Part shown: positions 26,332-42,739 of the stretch, piece after piece | Numbering within the stretch: the stretch's first letter is position 1 | How the letters are laid out: every line of letters starts with the position of its first letter | Assembly (NCBI RefSeq): GCF_009914755.1 | Contig: NC_060925.1 | Length of the DNA: 64,000 nucleotides | Strand: one strand, 5' to 3' | Source of the DNA: the human T2T-CHM13v2.0 reference genome, Homo sapiens | Position numbers and translations under genes: made by a program | Notes under the pieces: generated by a model | The model's database searches: none | Seen by the model: the letters and a program-made list of their open reading frames with translations, nothing else | Told to the model about the DNA's origin: nothing

Positions 26332-27439
26332 TAACCGTGTTAGCCAGGATGGTCTCGATCTCCTGACCCCCTCTGCCCACCTCGGCCTCCCAAAGTGCTG
26401 GGATTGCAGGCATGAGCCACTGCGCCCGGCCAGTGAGGTGGTCTTTTACAATTTTTCTTTGTATTCCAAACCAGGAGAGTTGCATGCTGGAGCAGCCTCT
26501 GTTGAGGCTCACTGTGAGATGGATGGCCCTGTCTTGTTGAATCTCCCTCTGTACCCTTCCCTGTGCCCTCTGGCTGCCAGATTCTCCTCCTAGGGCACCA
26601 GCCTTATACCTTGTGATGGAGTACATCTGCAGTGGCCAGCACAGCTCTCCTGCTTGATTAAGATGTAGGTAGTTCATTAGGGTGGCGCCTGAAGCCATTG
26701 TATTTAACAAGTTTCCGTTCCTGTCTTGGCAGCAATTGGAGACTCAAGAAAGAAAAGACAGCTTCCAAAAGTATGTTTTCAGAGTAACTAATTGGATTTT
26801 GATCCACTCTCACTAGCCTAAAATATTTTACTTTCTGTTAGGGAAGAACATGAAAGGAGCTGAGTGTAAAATGGCTGTATTGTATGGTTAAAATGAGGCC
26901 ACCCAGAGGTCCCACCTAGTCCGGTGGAATATGTGCTGCCTTGCTCCAAGTAACTAGTTGCTGCTGTTGTTAAGCTGGCGTCTTTCCAGAAAACGAAGTG
27001 CACTTCCTTTGAAAAGAAGTCAGAGTCCCCACTAAAAATCTGTCACATTTCTCTTGTTTATTGCATAGCCATTGGAAACTATAACATCAAACAAGTTTAA
27101 TACTGTTGCTAATTAATGATACTGTGATACTGAACAAGCATTTCTTTATTTTTATTTTTATTTTTTGAGACGGAGCCTCACTCTGTCGCCCAGGCTGGAG
27201 TGCAGTGGTGCAATCTCTGCTCACTGCAACCTCCGCCTCCCGGGTTGAAGCAATTTGATTCGCGTGCCTCAGCCTCCCCGGTAGCTGGGATTACAGGCAT
27301 GTGCCACCATGCCCGGCTAATTTTTGTATTTTTAGTAGAGATGGGGTTTTGCCACGTTGGCTAGGCTGGTCTCGAACTCCTGACCTCAAGTGATCCACCT
27401 GCCTTGGCCTCCCAAAGTGCTAGGATTATACAGGTGTGA

Positions 27440-27607
<168 letters not shown>

Positions 27608-28232
27608 TAGCTGGGATTAAAGGCTCACGCCACCACGCCCGGCTAATTTTTGTATTTTTAGTGGAGACGGGGTTTCACCATGTTGGACAGGCTGGTCTCG
27701 AACTCCTGCCCTCAGGTGATCCGCCCACCTCAGCCTCCCAAAGTGTTGGGATTACAGGTGTGAGCCACTGGGCCCAGTCCTGTCATTCCTTTTCTATTGT
27801 TTAAACCACCTCATCAAGAAGAACACAGAAGTGCTTTGAGGTGGCCCTTCTGTATGTAGGCTTGATTTGCCAAAGATGAAAATCCTATAAATTTGCCCCA
27901 TCAAATAGCATGGGGGTTCTGGTTGTCTGTTAGTGCTAGTGATGTCCTTCATCTGCTGGGCAGCCACTTAACAGCACAGTGCCCATTTAGATCTACTCAG
28001 TACCTGAAATAGCTGGGCTAAGCTGTCCTTAGATTTAGAGGTTGATCCTGGATTGGATGCTTTGGCTCTTATTTTTATGGCATGCTTTTTTGTTTTGCCA
28101 TCCTAGCCTTTAAAATGTATTTTAATGGGAATATAGTATATCTTTAAGATTTTAAACTAGGCCAGGTGTGGTGGCTCACGCCTGTAATGCCAGCACTGTG
28201 GGAGGCCGAGGCGGGTGGATCACCTGAGGTCA

Positions 28233-28442
<210 letters not shown>

Positions 28443-29685
28443 TCAGAAGAAAAACAAAAAACAAAAAATGAAAAACTTAAACTATAATAAGACACAGATA
28501 TTTTCAAAATTCAATGTTTTCCCACCTAGTATGGGCAGCTGTTGCCAGGTATACTCAGGTACTTGTCCTGCAAATTAAATCTTTATCAGCTAATGGTTAG
28601 TTTTTTTTTTTTTTCTTTTTTTGAAGCAGCATCTCTCTGTGTAGCCCAGGCTGGAGTGCAGTGGTGACATCTCGGCTCGCTGCAACCTCCACCTCCCGGG
28701 TTCAAGCAATTCTCGTGCCTCAGCCTCCCGAGGAGCTGTAATTACAGGCACGTGCCACCATGCCCGGCTGTTTTTTGTATTTTTAGTAGAGACCAGGTTT
28801 CACCATGTTGGCCAGACTGGTCTCGAACTACTGACCTCAGGTGATCTGCCCATCTCAGCCTCCAAAAGTGCTGGGATTACAGGCGTGAGCCACCGAGCCC
28901 AGGCAATGCCAGGTTTCAAGTAAAACTTTCCAAGAATTTACAGTGTATACAGAAAAGCACCTAATGTTTTTTAAATAGCACGATAGAGGTAGCAGGTGAA
29001 ATGGCGGTTACCAAACCTCCAAAGATTAGGATTGCAGGATGTCTGGCAGTATCATTTGTTGGCAAAATGTGGATAAGCTGTGAGCCTGGAAAGCAGTTTA
29101 CCATCAGTGGGGTAGTGATTATTATCAGAAAGAGCATACAGGCCTTGGTTTTAGTGCCCGATATGCATGTATGCATAGGGAGCAGAGGCTGTTGTTGAAG
29201 ACAGTTGGTTTTTACAAATTTTCCTTGATAGTTTAAACTCAGAGTTAAAAAGCACAATTCTGTGTGCATAATTTAAAATTTTATGACTTCTGATCACATA
29301 AAGTTACTTTTTTTAAAATCCCAGTATATATTATAGTAGTAACGTTGTAGTTTTACTCTGCTGTCAACTGGAGGTGAGGTGCCTAAGCCACAAGGGGAAA
29401 AATTAAACTAGGGAGGCATGGGTGTAAAAGGATTAGAAGGTTAACTGTATCTTCATGTAATAAATACAAAACTTCAGTTTTGGAAAGGAATAATGAGAGA
29501 AGGTAGAGGAATGGGGAGGGGAGTTTTTTTGTTTTTGGTGGTTTTTTTTGTTTTGTTTGTTTGTTTTTGAGACGGAGTTTTGCTCTTGTTACCCAGGCTG
29601 GAGTGCAGTGGTGTGATCTCAGCTCTCTGCAACTTCTGCCTCCCGGCTTCAAGTGATTCTAGGGGAGCGTATTTTTATCTTTTAA

Positions 29686-29973
<288 letters not shown>

Positions 29974-30051
29974 TGATCCACCCGCCTGGGACTCCCAAAG
30001 TGCTGGGATTACAGGCGTGAGCCACCGCGCCCAGCCAATCCCAGCACTTTA

Positions 30052-30354
<303 letters not shown>

Positions 30355-30489
30355 TTAGTAGTTTCTTTTTAGAAAATTAGGCAAATAGACTTCAAAGAAT
30401 ATCCCTCGTGACTGCTTTTAGACATGTAGTTTAACAATTGTTCCTAGCTTTCCTCCACTGGATTCAAATCCTTCAGATGTTTGCTGTGA

Positions 30490-30645
<156 letters not shown>

Positions 30646-31919
30646 TGAGTAGCTGGGACTATAGGCACCCGCCACCACACCTGGCTAATTTTTTGTATTT
30701 TTAGTAGAGACGGGGTTTCACCGTGTTAGCCAGGATGGTCTCGATCTCCTGACCTCGTGATCCGCCCTCCTCAGCCTCCCAAAGTGCTGGGATTACAGGC
30801 GTGAGCCACCGCACCCGGCCCCACAGAGAATTTTCTCTGCACTTTGGCATCAGTGACTGACTAGAACAGTATTACCTTAGGAGCAAAATTAAATTAACGT
30901 CCAGGGTATTTCCTCAGAACTGTTAAGACAAGCATGAGTCCCAGCTGGCCTTTGGAAGATTATTTATGTTAGTAAAACTCTTTAATTGCTTTCTTGAAAA
31001 GTTTAGGTATACATTTTTTTTGACTAGGCTCATTTAGGGGGTGTTCAGTTGCAAGTAATAGAAGATTCAACTTCAAACCGGCTTGCTTATGGGTACAAAA
31101 ACCTGAACTCTAGAGGGAGCACAGGCTTCAGGTGAGGGCTTAGCTGAGCAGTGCATCAGTGTCACCAGGAGGGGCCCACCCACGCCTGCTTGGCCTCCAG
31201 TAACCTGCTTCATTCTAAGGCTGGCCCTGCATAGCCACAGAAGGGCTTCCAGCAGCAGCTCCTGGTATTTCTCCCACCATTAAGCAAGTCTTCAGTGTAA
31301 TTCTGGATCCACTAGGACACGTACCCCTTGCTCTAAACCAGTCATTGCTCCCAGGGAAATTATGCTGAGTACTTGGGCTGAAATCATATGTCCATCCCTA
31401 AACAAGGCAAAGTAGATGTTATGATGTGGACATGCTTCAGTGAGTCAGGCCAAAACTAGACATGAGTTCAATCCTGTCCTCTGTGTGACTTAAGAAATTA
31501 GGGATCTTCGCCAGGCGCAGTGGCTCATGCCTGTAATCCCAGCACTTTGGGAGGCCAAGGTGGGCAGATCACCTGAGGTCAGGAGTTCAAGACCAGCCTG
31601 GCCAACATGGTGAAACCCCATCTCTACTAAAAATACAAAAATTAGCCAAGCATTGTGGCACACATCTGTAATCACAGCTACCCCGGAGGCTGAGGCAGGA
31701 GAATTGCTTGAACCCAGGAGGCGGAGGTTGCAGTGAGCTGAGATTGCGCCAGCCTGGGCAACAAGAGCAAAACTCTGTCTCAAAAGAGAAAAAAAAAAAA
31801 AGGAAATTAGGGATCTTGTTAAGACAGAGGAAGAGAGGGATGGATGCTGGGGAGGCAACCAGCAGTGCCACCAGTCCATTTTACGGTCTTCAAATAGTGC
31901 CCATTTTATTGGTCTAGAA

Positions 31920-32339
<420 letters not shown>

Positions 32340-32632
32340 TAGCTGGGACTACAGGTGCGCACCACCACGCCTGGCTAATTTCTGTAGTTTTTGTAGAGAT
32401 GGGTTTTCACCATGTTGCCCAAGCTGGTCTCAGAACTCCTGAGCTCAAGCAATCTGCCTGCCTTGGCCTCCCAAAGTGCTGGGATTACAGGTTTGAGTCT
32501 GTGCCCAGCCATGGCCTTCAAACTTTAATCATACACTGCTATGATTAACATGTTTGTGCATATCTTATGTATAATTATATTACCCTGTTACTTTTATACA
32601 GACTATAAGACCTATACACAAAATAGAAATTA

Positions 32633-32773
<141 letters not shown>

Positions 32774-32812
32774 CTAGGTAGGGTGGCACACGCCTGTAAT
32801 CCCAGGAACTCA

Positions 32813-32977
<165 letters not shown>

Positions 32978-33640
32978 TTATTTCTTTCTGTATGCCAGTA
33001 GGTCATGGTGCACATCTCTTAGAGTATGTATCCCAGTTTGGAGATTCCTTGTCTAAAATACTGCTTGCCAGTCAGATTAGTCCATTTTCCAACTATGTGA
33101 GGCTAACGCTGTGTCAGCATGTAACTGGCGGTTGAATATGACTTTTCCTACTGTCTGAGCACTGGCTACTGGAGCCCTCAGATGAACCAAGAGGATCCTA
33201 GTCTAAGACTTAGGTGGAAGAACCTGCCCTGCTGCCATTGACCAGACTGTCTATGAGAGAAGAACGGGTTGTGGGTGTCAACATTGGGGTGTGTGGGCAG
33301 AGAGGATTTTACTATTATTGTCCCCAACTCTGTCCCCGGCCCCTAGTAGGTCTGGGCTACAGATTGAGAGAGCTTGTAAGGCAGGGAGACTGGTAGCTTG
33401 CTCTGCGGCCAGATGCCTCCTACAAGTGAGAGGCTGGTGCATTGGCCCAAGCCAGCAGGATGAGAAGGGACTGGGTGGTATGCTTGGGAAGGACACTCAG
33501 TGACTCCCACTTTGAGCCAATCTTGTTAACTCCTAGCGGTCCCATTGGCTTGATGTCAAGGAGCATGGGGACCAGAGGAAGGAAAGGCACCTAGTTCTGC
33601 CTGCAAGCTCCCCAGGGCAAGCAAGGCAGAAAAGAGATGT

Positions 33641-33873
33641 GGGGATGAACTGCTGGTGGGATCAATGGGGGGGATGAACTGTTGGTGGGATCAATGGGGG
33701 GGATGAACTGATGGTGGGATCAATGGGGGAGATGAACTGATGGTGGGATCAATGGGGGGGGATGAACTGATGGTGGGATCAATGCGGGGGATGAACTGCT
33801 GATGGGATCAATGGCGGGGAGGAACTGATGGTGGGATCAACGGGGGGGATGAACTGATGGTGGGATCAATGGG
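33641..33873 (+). repeat. G-rich minisatellite, 8 units of about 29 bp (Gn-ATGAACTGATGGTGGGATCAAT)
   Basis: Eight tandem copies with variable G-run length. Confidence 0.95.
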
Positions 33874-34258
33874 AGTTCCCAGTGTTGGGGCTCATAGTAG
33901 GTTGAATGCCATCTACAATGAAAAAACATTCACCAAGGCCTCCAGTACATCACAAACCTTTTTTTTTTTTTTTTTGATACAGAGTCTTGCTCTGTCGCTC
34001 AGGCTGGAGTGCAGTTATGCGAGATCGGCTCACTGTAACCTCCGCCTCCCAGATTCAAGGGATTCTCCTGCCTCAGCCTCCTGAGTACCTGGGATTACAG
34101 GCACCCGCCACCACACCCAGCTAATTTTTGTATTTTTAGTGGAGACAGGGTTTCAGCACGTTGGTCAGGCTGGTCTCTAGAACTCCTTACCTCAAGTAAT
34201 CTGCCCACCTCAGCCTCCCAGAGTGCTGGGATTACAGGTGTGAGCCGCCACGCCCAAC

Positions 34259-34333
34259 ATATATATATATATATTTCTATATATGTATCTTTATATATAT
34301 ATTTCTATATATGTATATATATTTTTTCTATAC

Positions 34334-34375
<42 letters not shown>
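34259..34375. repeat. Degenerate (TA)n followed by poly-T
   Basis: Direct reading. Confidence 0.9.
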
Positions 34376-35034
34376 GAGACGGGGTCTCACCCAGGCTGAA
34401 GTACAGTAGTGTCATCTCACCTCACTGCAGCCTTGACCTCCTTGGGTTCAGGTGATCCTCCTAAGTAGCTGGGACTACAGGTGTACACCACCATGCCTGA
34501 CTAATTTGTTTTTGTTTTTGTAGAGACAGGACTCCAGCCTGGGTAACAGAGGAAGACCTTCTCTCTTTAAAAAAAAAAAAAAAAGTGAGTGTGGCCTGCC
34601 ACCTTGAAAGAGGTCACTGATTCGCTGTTACTAGGGCATTTGCTTTTTTGGACGAACACACCATCCTTTGATCAGTGGCATAGACTTGGATGACAGTTGG
34701 CCAAAGTAATGAGTGCAGTTTACTTAGGGACAAAGCAAAGGTGGTTGACCTGTATGGTATTTGAACTTACTGGCTTTCTGATGAAAGGATTTACCCAGAA
34801 GCTCTTTTTCAATGATTTGGAGTTACGTTATCGAACACAAATAGATTTCAGATATTTCTTTATTTTACTACGTAGCTGGTAAGTTTCTCAGTATCTTTAA
34901 ATGTTATACTTTTTAGGCATGTGGTTATTATGACAGGTAGGAGTATTTTGTATGAATAGACATGGGTTAGAAAGTTTTTACGTCTATCATTTTTATTTTT
35001 ATTAATTAATTAATTAATTAATTATTGAGACTGA

Positions 35035-35172
<138 letters not shown>

Positions 35173-35409
35173 TAATTTTTTAATGTGTATTCTTGGTAGA
35201 GACAGGGTTTTGACCTGTTGGCCAGGCTGGTCTCCAACTCCTGAGCTCAAGTGGTCCACCCATCTCGGCCTCCTAAAGTGCTAGGATTACAGGCATGAGC
35301 TGTCACACCTGGCCACTTCTATCTTTTTAAAAATATTCCTTATTATAGCCTATTTTCTTTAGATATATTCTAGTGCTTGGAGCAAATTACACAAACCAGT
35401 ATTAAGCTA

Positions 35410-35715
<306 letters not shown>

Positions 35716-36574
35716 TCAATAGGTAAATAAATAAAATAAAATAATCCCTCATGGGGATTTTACTTCATTCGTTACTTTCAGAGTGTGCGTTAGGTACTAG
35801 GTTTGCTTCTAGATTTCCAACATTTGCCTCTAGTGGAGTAGGGAAGCTGCATAAACATTCTATATGTCCAGGCCTGTTTTTCCTTCCTGTCGTTGCCTTT
35901 CCCAGGCGGAGATGCTGGTGCTCTATCATTTTTATTGACCCACCTATTTTATGCCAGGTGCCTGCTACGCTCTAGTTGCAAGAATGTACAAACAGCTTTT
36001 CTCCAAGGAGCTCCCAGTCTAATGAGAAAGACTTTTTTTTTTCAAATACTTAGAAACCTTGGAAGACATTTTCGTTGAAATCTCAATTGAATAATTCCTT
36101 TGCTTAGTAAACACTGTTTAGGAACTTGTTGAGCCCTGATGCCAGGGATGGAAAGATAAGTAAGGCCCCAGGTCTGAATCTTGAGGAACTCATCAGATTA
36201 TAGAGCGATGTTTTCCAGAGTGAGGCCTGTGTCATTGGTAGGCATGGGTGAGGATGTGTCTATGGCCCTTGACATTGTTAATTATAACTAGCCCATCGAA
36301 CATGTTATTTCATTGGTAGAATTGTTTAAGAGATGATGGAAGTAGGTATTTTAGGATAAATAAGTGAGTTGCCTTGAAGAAAAATATTTAAATAGTAATT
36401 CAGGTAATATCTCGATATGAATATAAGGGTAATACTCAAATGATTGGCTTAGGGGAACCCTGATCCAGAGAGACAGTGTGAGTAATGAAAACACAGGATT
36501 AACTGATTAGTTGTGAATGAGGGAAACACAAGGACTTCATTGTTGAAGGTGATTAATCAGATTTTTTTTTTTAA

Positions 36575-36805
<231 letters not shown>

Positions 36806-37962
36806 TAATCCACCTGCCTCAGCCTCCCAGAGTGGTAGTATTACAAGTGTGAGCCACAGTGCCTGGCCGAAAGTAATTAATCAAATTTTAAGAAGGGTCT
36901 GTATTGGAGTAAATATTGATTTTCAAAATAGTATCTTCACCTGAATGAACTATTTTGTTTGAATGTGCAGAAATACTTTTCTAGAGTATTCATTGCAGCA
37001 TGGTAGTGAAATTGGAAATTACATGAATGTCCAACAGTAGGAAATTGGTTAATATCTTATCAATCGATAAGGCAGAGATAGTATGAAGCCATTGGAAATG
37101 ATGAAGCAGGTGCATAATTTGCCATAAAAGGGCACTCAGAATACCTAGATACTGGGAAGGGGTTAGGTGAAAATGCCAAGAATGGAAAGCCCCAAAGGAT
37201 GTGCTAACGTGGGAATAGTAGTTACCCTTTAGCTCTGGGATTTCAACTTTTTTTTTTTTTTTTTTTTTTTTTGAGATGGAGTCTTGCTCTGTTGCCCAGG
37301 CTGGAGTGCAATGGCAAGATCTCCGCTCACTGCAACCTCTGCCTCAGCCTCCTGAGTAGCTGGGATTACAGGCATGCACCACCATGCCCGGCTAATTTTT
37401 GTATTTTTAGTAGAGATGGGGTTTTGCCTTGTTGGCCTGGCTGGTCTCGAACTCCTGACCTCAGGTGATCCACCTGCCTCGGCCTCCCAAAGTGCTGAGG
37501 TTCAACTAATTTTATTAACCTTTATTGTGTTCTAGTTTTGTTTTTTTTTTTTTTTTTTTTTTTTGGTTTTTTTTTTTGTTTGAGACGGAGTCTTGCTCTG
37601 TCACTCAGGCTGGAGTGCAGTGGCACAATCGGCTCACTGCAGCCTCTGCCTCCTGGGTTCACGCCATTCTCCTGCCTCAGCCTCCCGAGTAGCTGGGACT
37701 ACAGGCGCCTGCCACCACGCCCAGCTAATTTTTTTCTTTTTTTGTATTTTTAGTAGAGACAGGGTTTCACTGTGTTAGCCAGGATGGTCTCGATCTGCTG
37801 ACCTCGTGATCCACCCACCTCAGCCTCCCAAAGTGCTGGGATTACAGGCGTGAGCCACCGCGCCCGGCACGTTCTAGTTTTAAAGAGAGAAAAGCTAAGC
37901 TTAGCATTCCATTGTGTAGGGAATAGTATAGCTTCTCTGATCTGCTTTGGTTTCCCTTACAG

Positions 37963-38142
37963 GTGTGGAGGCACAGTTGGTGCTATTTTCACTTGTCCAC
38001 TAGAAGTCATTAAGACACGGTTGCAGTCTTCAAGATTAGCTCTCCGGACAGTCTACTATCCTCAGGTTCATCTGGGGACCATTAGTGGAGCTGGAATGGT
38101 GAGACCAACATCCGTGACACCTGGACTCTTTCAGGTTCTGAA
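37963..38142 (+). CDS. SLC25A33: SLC25A33 exon 2 (180 nt, CGGTVGAIFTCPLEVIKTRLQ...GLFQVL)
   Basis: Acceptor tttcccttacAG, donor AA|GTAAGT; phase matches exon 1; carrier signature PLEVIKTR. Confidence 0.97.
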
Positions 38143-38715
38143 GTAAGTTCAGTCTTGTCTGCTCCTGCCACCTGCACACCCTGTACCGCCACTGTCAACA
38201 GAGAATGTTCATCAAGCTTATCAAATGTGATGTTCTGTTTGCATAGCCTTGGTCCTAACTTAAGAATTAGATTTCTTTACCAATACCTTTGAGCTCTGAC
38301 CTTGCTCCCCTGGCAGCGGGGGGTCCCAGTGTACATGTGACCATCATCCAGGGCAGTTAAAGTAAACCTAGCAAAGCAAACCAAAAATCCACGTGTAAAT
38401 TGTTGCATCACATCATTGCTCTTGCTCAAAGCTTTTGAGGGAAATGAAGATAAGAGGTGATAGAGTAAAATTTTAAAAATTGCACAACAGAAGAGTTGTG
38501 AATATTTTATTTTATTTTATTTATTTACTTTTTTTGAGACAGAAGAATCTCGCTCTGTCACCCAAGCTGGAGTGCAATGGTGCGATCTTGGCTCGCTGCA
38601 GGTGATCTGCCCACCTTGGCCTCCCAAAGTGCTGGTATTACAGGCGTGAGCCACCGCTCCCAGCCGTGAATATTTTTAAAAGAAACAAAATGTTTGTTTG
38701 TTTGTTTGTTTTTGA

Positions 38716-38820
<105 letters not shown>

Positions 38821-39946
38821 TGAGTAGCTGGGATTACAGACATGCGCCACCATGCCCGGCTAATTTTGTATTTTTCATAGAGATGGAGTTTCTCCATGTT
38901 GGCCAGGCTGGTCCCAAACTCCCAACCTCAGGTGATCCGCCTGCCTCAGCCTCCCAAAGTGCTGGGATTACAGGCGTGAGCCACCACACCAGCTTTTTTT
39001 TTGCTTTTTATTGGGAAATATTTTTAAATGTGTAGAAAAGTTATGTTTAATAAAATGGGCTTTAAAATTTGTTTTATACCTGAGCTACCTGCCCATTTTA
39101 TTATTTTTACTGTAGAAAAAATAATTCATTTGCTTATAAAGTAGCCAAATATTCTTAAGTCAAATTTGGCTTATCAGTCTATGCATAAGGTAAAATCAAA
39201 TTCAGAAGAGAACTGATTGAATATCTGATTTTTAGCTCAGGACCTTGTACTTTGAGATGCTCTATAATTAATAGTTGAATTTAACTGAGCATGATATTCA
39301 AATCTTTGAAACTGATTCTTGGGCAAGAGTATGTTCAAGAAAGACATTCATCAAGAAAGCTATCAGTGTAGAGATTTATTTGGGAAATGTTAGAAAAAGA
39401 AGTAATAAAATGGAGATGCTCTGTTTTAAAAACAACGCATTTAGCACTTTTTTTTTTTTTTTTTTTTTTTTTGAGATGGAGTCTCACTCTGTCGCCCAGG
39501 CTGGAGTGCAGTGGTGCGATCTCCACTTACTGCAAGCTCCGCCTCCTGGGTTCACGCCATTCTCCTGCCTCAGCCTCCTGAGTAGCTGGGACTGCAGGTG
39601 CCCGCCATCACACCCAGCTAATTTTTTTGTATTTTTAGTAGAGACGGGGTTTCACCATGTTAGCCAGGATGGTCTCGATTTCCTGACCTCGTGATCCGCC
39701 CACCTTGACCTCCCAAAGTGTTGGGATTACAGGCGTGAGCCACCGCACCCAGCCACATTTAGCACTTTTAGGCACAATTTAGATAAGGCAGGATGAGTTG
39801 GAGAGTGCTTAGTTTATTTTTAGGTATGTTTTATTTGTAAAACCCAACTATGAGTCACTGGGGCATTCATGCCAAATGTGTGCAAAGGTACATCTGAGCT
39901 TACTGAGCGAAACTGAACAGCAAGACCAGATGCCAGGGACAAGTGA

Positions 39947-40340
<394 letters not shown>

Positions 40341-40764
40341 TAAATGCTAAGAAAAGGAGTGGAGACACTGGGCAGGAAAGTTGGGGGTGGGTACAGGAGG
40401 GACAGAAGCACAGAGATGTGGAGGGACACTTTGCTCTCAGGACAGATCCGAGTCCATGGCCCCCATCAAGATGGGACTGTGAGAACACTCCTCCTGCTTT
40501 GCCTTTTCACATGCTTAGGCGGTGCCAGTGTCCCGGGTGACACCTTTCTTCTAAGGAACATGCAGTGCTTTGGACATAAGGAAACTGAAGACAGGTAATG
40601 TTACTTCAGTAACATTCAAAATGAATTTCCTCTTGCCAAATAATCATGACTAGTGAATTTGGATTTACTGTAACTGGGGAACTGTTACCCAAAAGTGTGG
40701 GTGTCAATAGGGCCAACCTGGAAGGTAAATGGGAATGTTTCTCCATTTTAGGTTTTACAGGATA

Positions 40765-40970
40765 TGTGGGTTGAGTGTCCCTTATCTGAAATGCTTGGGA
40801 CCAGAAGCAATGCAGATTTCGGATTTTGGAATATTTGCTTCATCATACCAGTTCAGCATCCCCAGTCCAGAAATACAAAATGCTCCAATGGGCATTTCTT
40901 TCAGCATCATGTTGTCACTCAAAAAGTTTCTGATTTTAGAACATTTTGGATTCTTATGGCTTTCTAATCT
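40765..40970. mobile_element. Tigger4/MER46-like DNA transposon
   Basis: ggttgagtgtcccttatctgaaatgcttgggaccagaag...aaaatgctccaatg...ctcaaaaagtttctgatttt. Confidence 0.75.
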
Positions 40971-41000
40971 CCAGTAAATCCAGCCCCCCCCATAAGAGAT

Positions 41001-41066
41001 TGTGTGTGTGTCTGTGTCTGTGTGTGTGTGTGTGTGTCTGTGTGTGTGTCTGTGTGTCTGTGTGTA
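41001..41066. repeat. Compound (TG/TC)n microsatellite
   Basis: Direct reading. Confidence 0.9.
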
Positions 41067-41946
41067 TCTGTTCCCTCCCCTCAATTAGGGCAATTGTTTA
41101 GTAAAATTTAAATCAAAGGAAAAAGGCCACTCCATGTTTTAATACAGGAACAACTTCCACACCACACAAAAGACAAACTATTTTCATTACAGTCCCACCG
41201 GCTTCATTGGTTAATACAGCCACAGCTACACAATAATGAGCCATCACTTATATATGAATACTTTAATTAATTAATTAATTTTGGGTTTTTTTGAGACAGA
41301 GTTTCACTCTTGTTGCCCAGGCTGGAGTGCAATGGCGTGATCTCGGCACAACCTCCGCCTCCCAGGTTCAAGCGATTCTCCTTCCTCAGCCTCCCAAGTA
41401 GCTGGGATTACAGGAATGTGCTACCACGCCCGGCTAATTTTGTATTTTTATTAGAGACAGGGATTCTCCATGTTGGTCAGGCGGGTCTCAAACTCCCAAC
41501 CTCAGGTGATCTGCCCGCCTTGGCCTCCCAAAGTGCTGGGATTACAGGCGTGAGCCACTGTGCTCGGCATGAATACTTTTAAATCAGTTTATTTTATTGA
41601 CATCAAAATATAAACAATGGCGTTAGTAAGTAAAATTTTAGTTATAATGTTTTGTCAGAAAGGTGTTTGTAAAGTGGCACTTTTCACCCAAGAGCTATTT
41701 TATTTAAGCTTTATTTCCTCAGCTTTATTATATATTTTTAAAATTCTGGGCTGGGCACGGTGGCTCATGCCTGTATTCCTAGCACTTTGAAGGGCCAATG
41801 CAAATGGATTGCTTGAGCTGAGCCCAGGAGTTTGAGACCAGCCTGGGCAATGTGGCGAAATCCCATCTCTACAAAAAATACAAAAAATTAGCCGGGCATG
41901 TTGGCGTGCACCTATAATCCCAGCTACTCAGGAGGCTGAACTTAGG

Positions 41947-42153
41947 AGTTGAATATAACTGAGCATGATATTCAGATCTCTCAAACGGATTCTTGGGCAA
42001 GAGTGTGTTCAAGACACATTTATCAGGAAAGCTACTTATCATTGTAAAAATGTATTTGGGAAATGTTAGAAAAAGACGTAATAAAATGCAGGTGCTCTAT
42101 TGCAAAAACCACACATTTAGCACTTTTAGGCACAATTTACGTAAGACAGGATG
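41947..42153 (+). repeat. 207-bp direct duplicate of 39273-39795 (without the donor's AluY), inserted in an Alu
   Basis: Colinear match agttgaat.taactgagcatgatattca...catttagcacttttaggcacaattta..taag.caggatg. Confidence 0.93.
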
Positions 42154-42739
42154 TCCTTGAGCCCAGGAGATCAAGGCTGCAGTGAGCTGTGATTGTGCCA
42201 CTGTACTCCAGCCTGGGCAATGGAATAAGACCCTGTGTCAAAAAAAAGAAAGATTCTCTCACACAACTATTTAATAACTTTCAAGTAAAGGACTACTTTT
42301 AAAAAATTGTGGGTACATAGTAGGTGTATACACTTACGAAGAAAACTCCTTTTACGTGGTAGTATTTCATTGATTTTGCACAACCTTAGCAGATGAGTAC
42401 TCAGGCGTGACGTTACCTCTATTTTAGAGAAGAGGACATGCAGGTTAAGGGCTAAGTGACATGCCCAAAGTCATGTTCAATGTATATCCACCTTGCTTCT
42501 AAGAAAGACTTGAAGCCGCTAAAGTAAAGTAAGAAATGAACAAGCCCCAGACACAAGGCTGAGCCTCTGCTGCTTCTCCGCGAAGGCAGCAGCAGTTCCC
42601 AGCTCAGAGACTCCTAGGACTGCACCCTTCTGCCTCCGTGGCTATTGCTTCTGTTTCCTTTGCTGTGCTGCAGCCTTACAACCTCTGGCTGTTGGAGGGT
42701 CCAGGGCCCAGACCCTGGCCTTCTCTAGCTACTGCCACT

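Noticed and set aside
33641-33873. CRISPR-like array, or Chi site GCTGGTGG in unit 1
   Set aside because: No unique spacers, eukaryotic context, and a single chance 8-mer.
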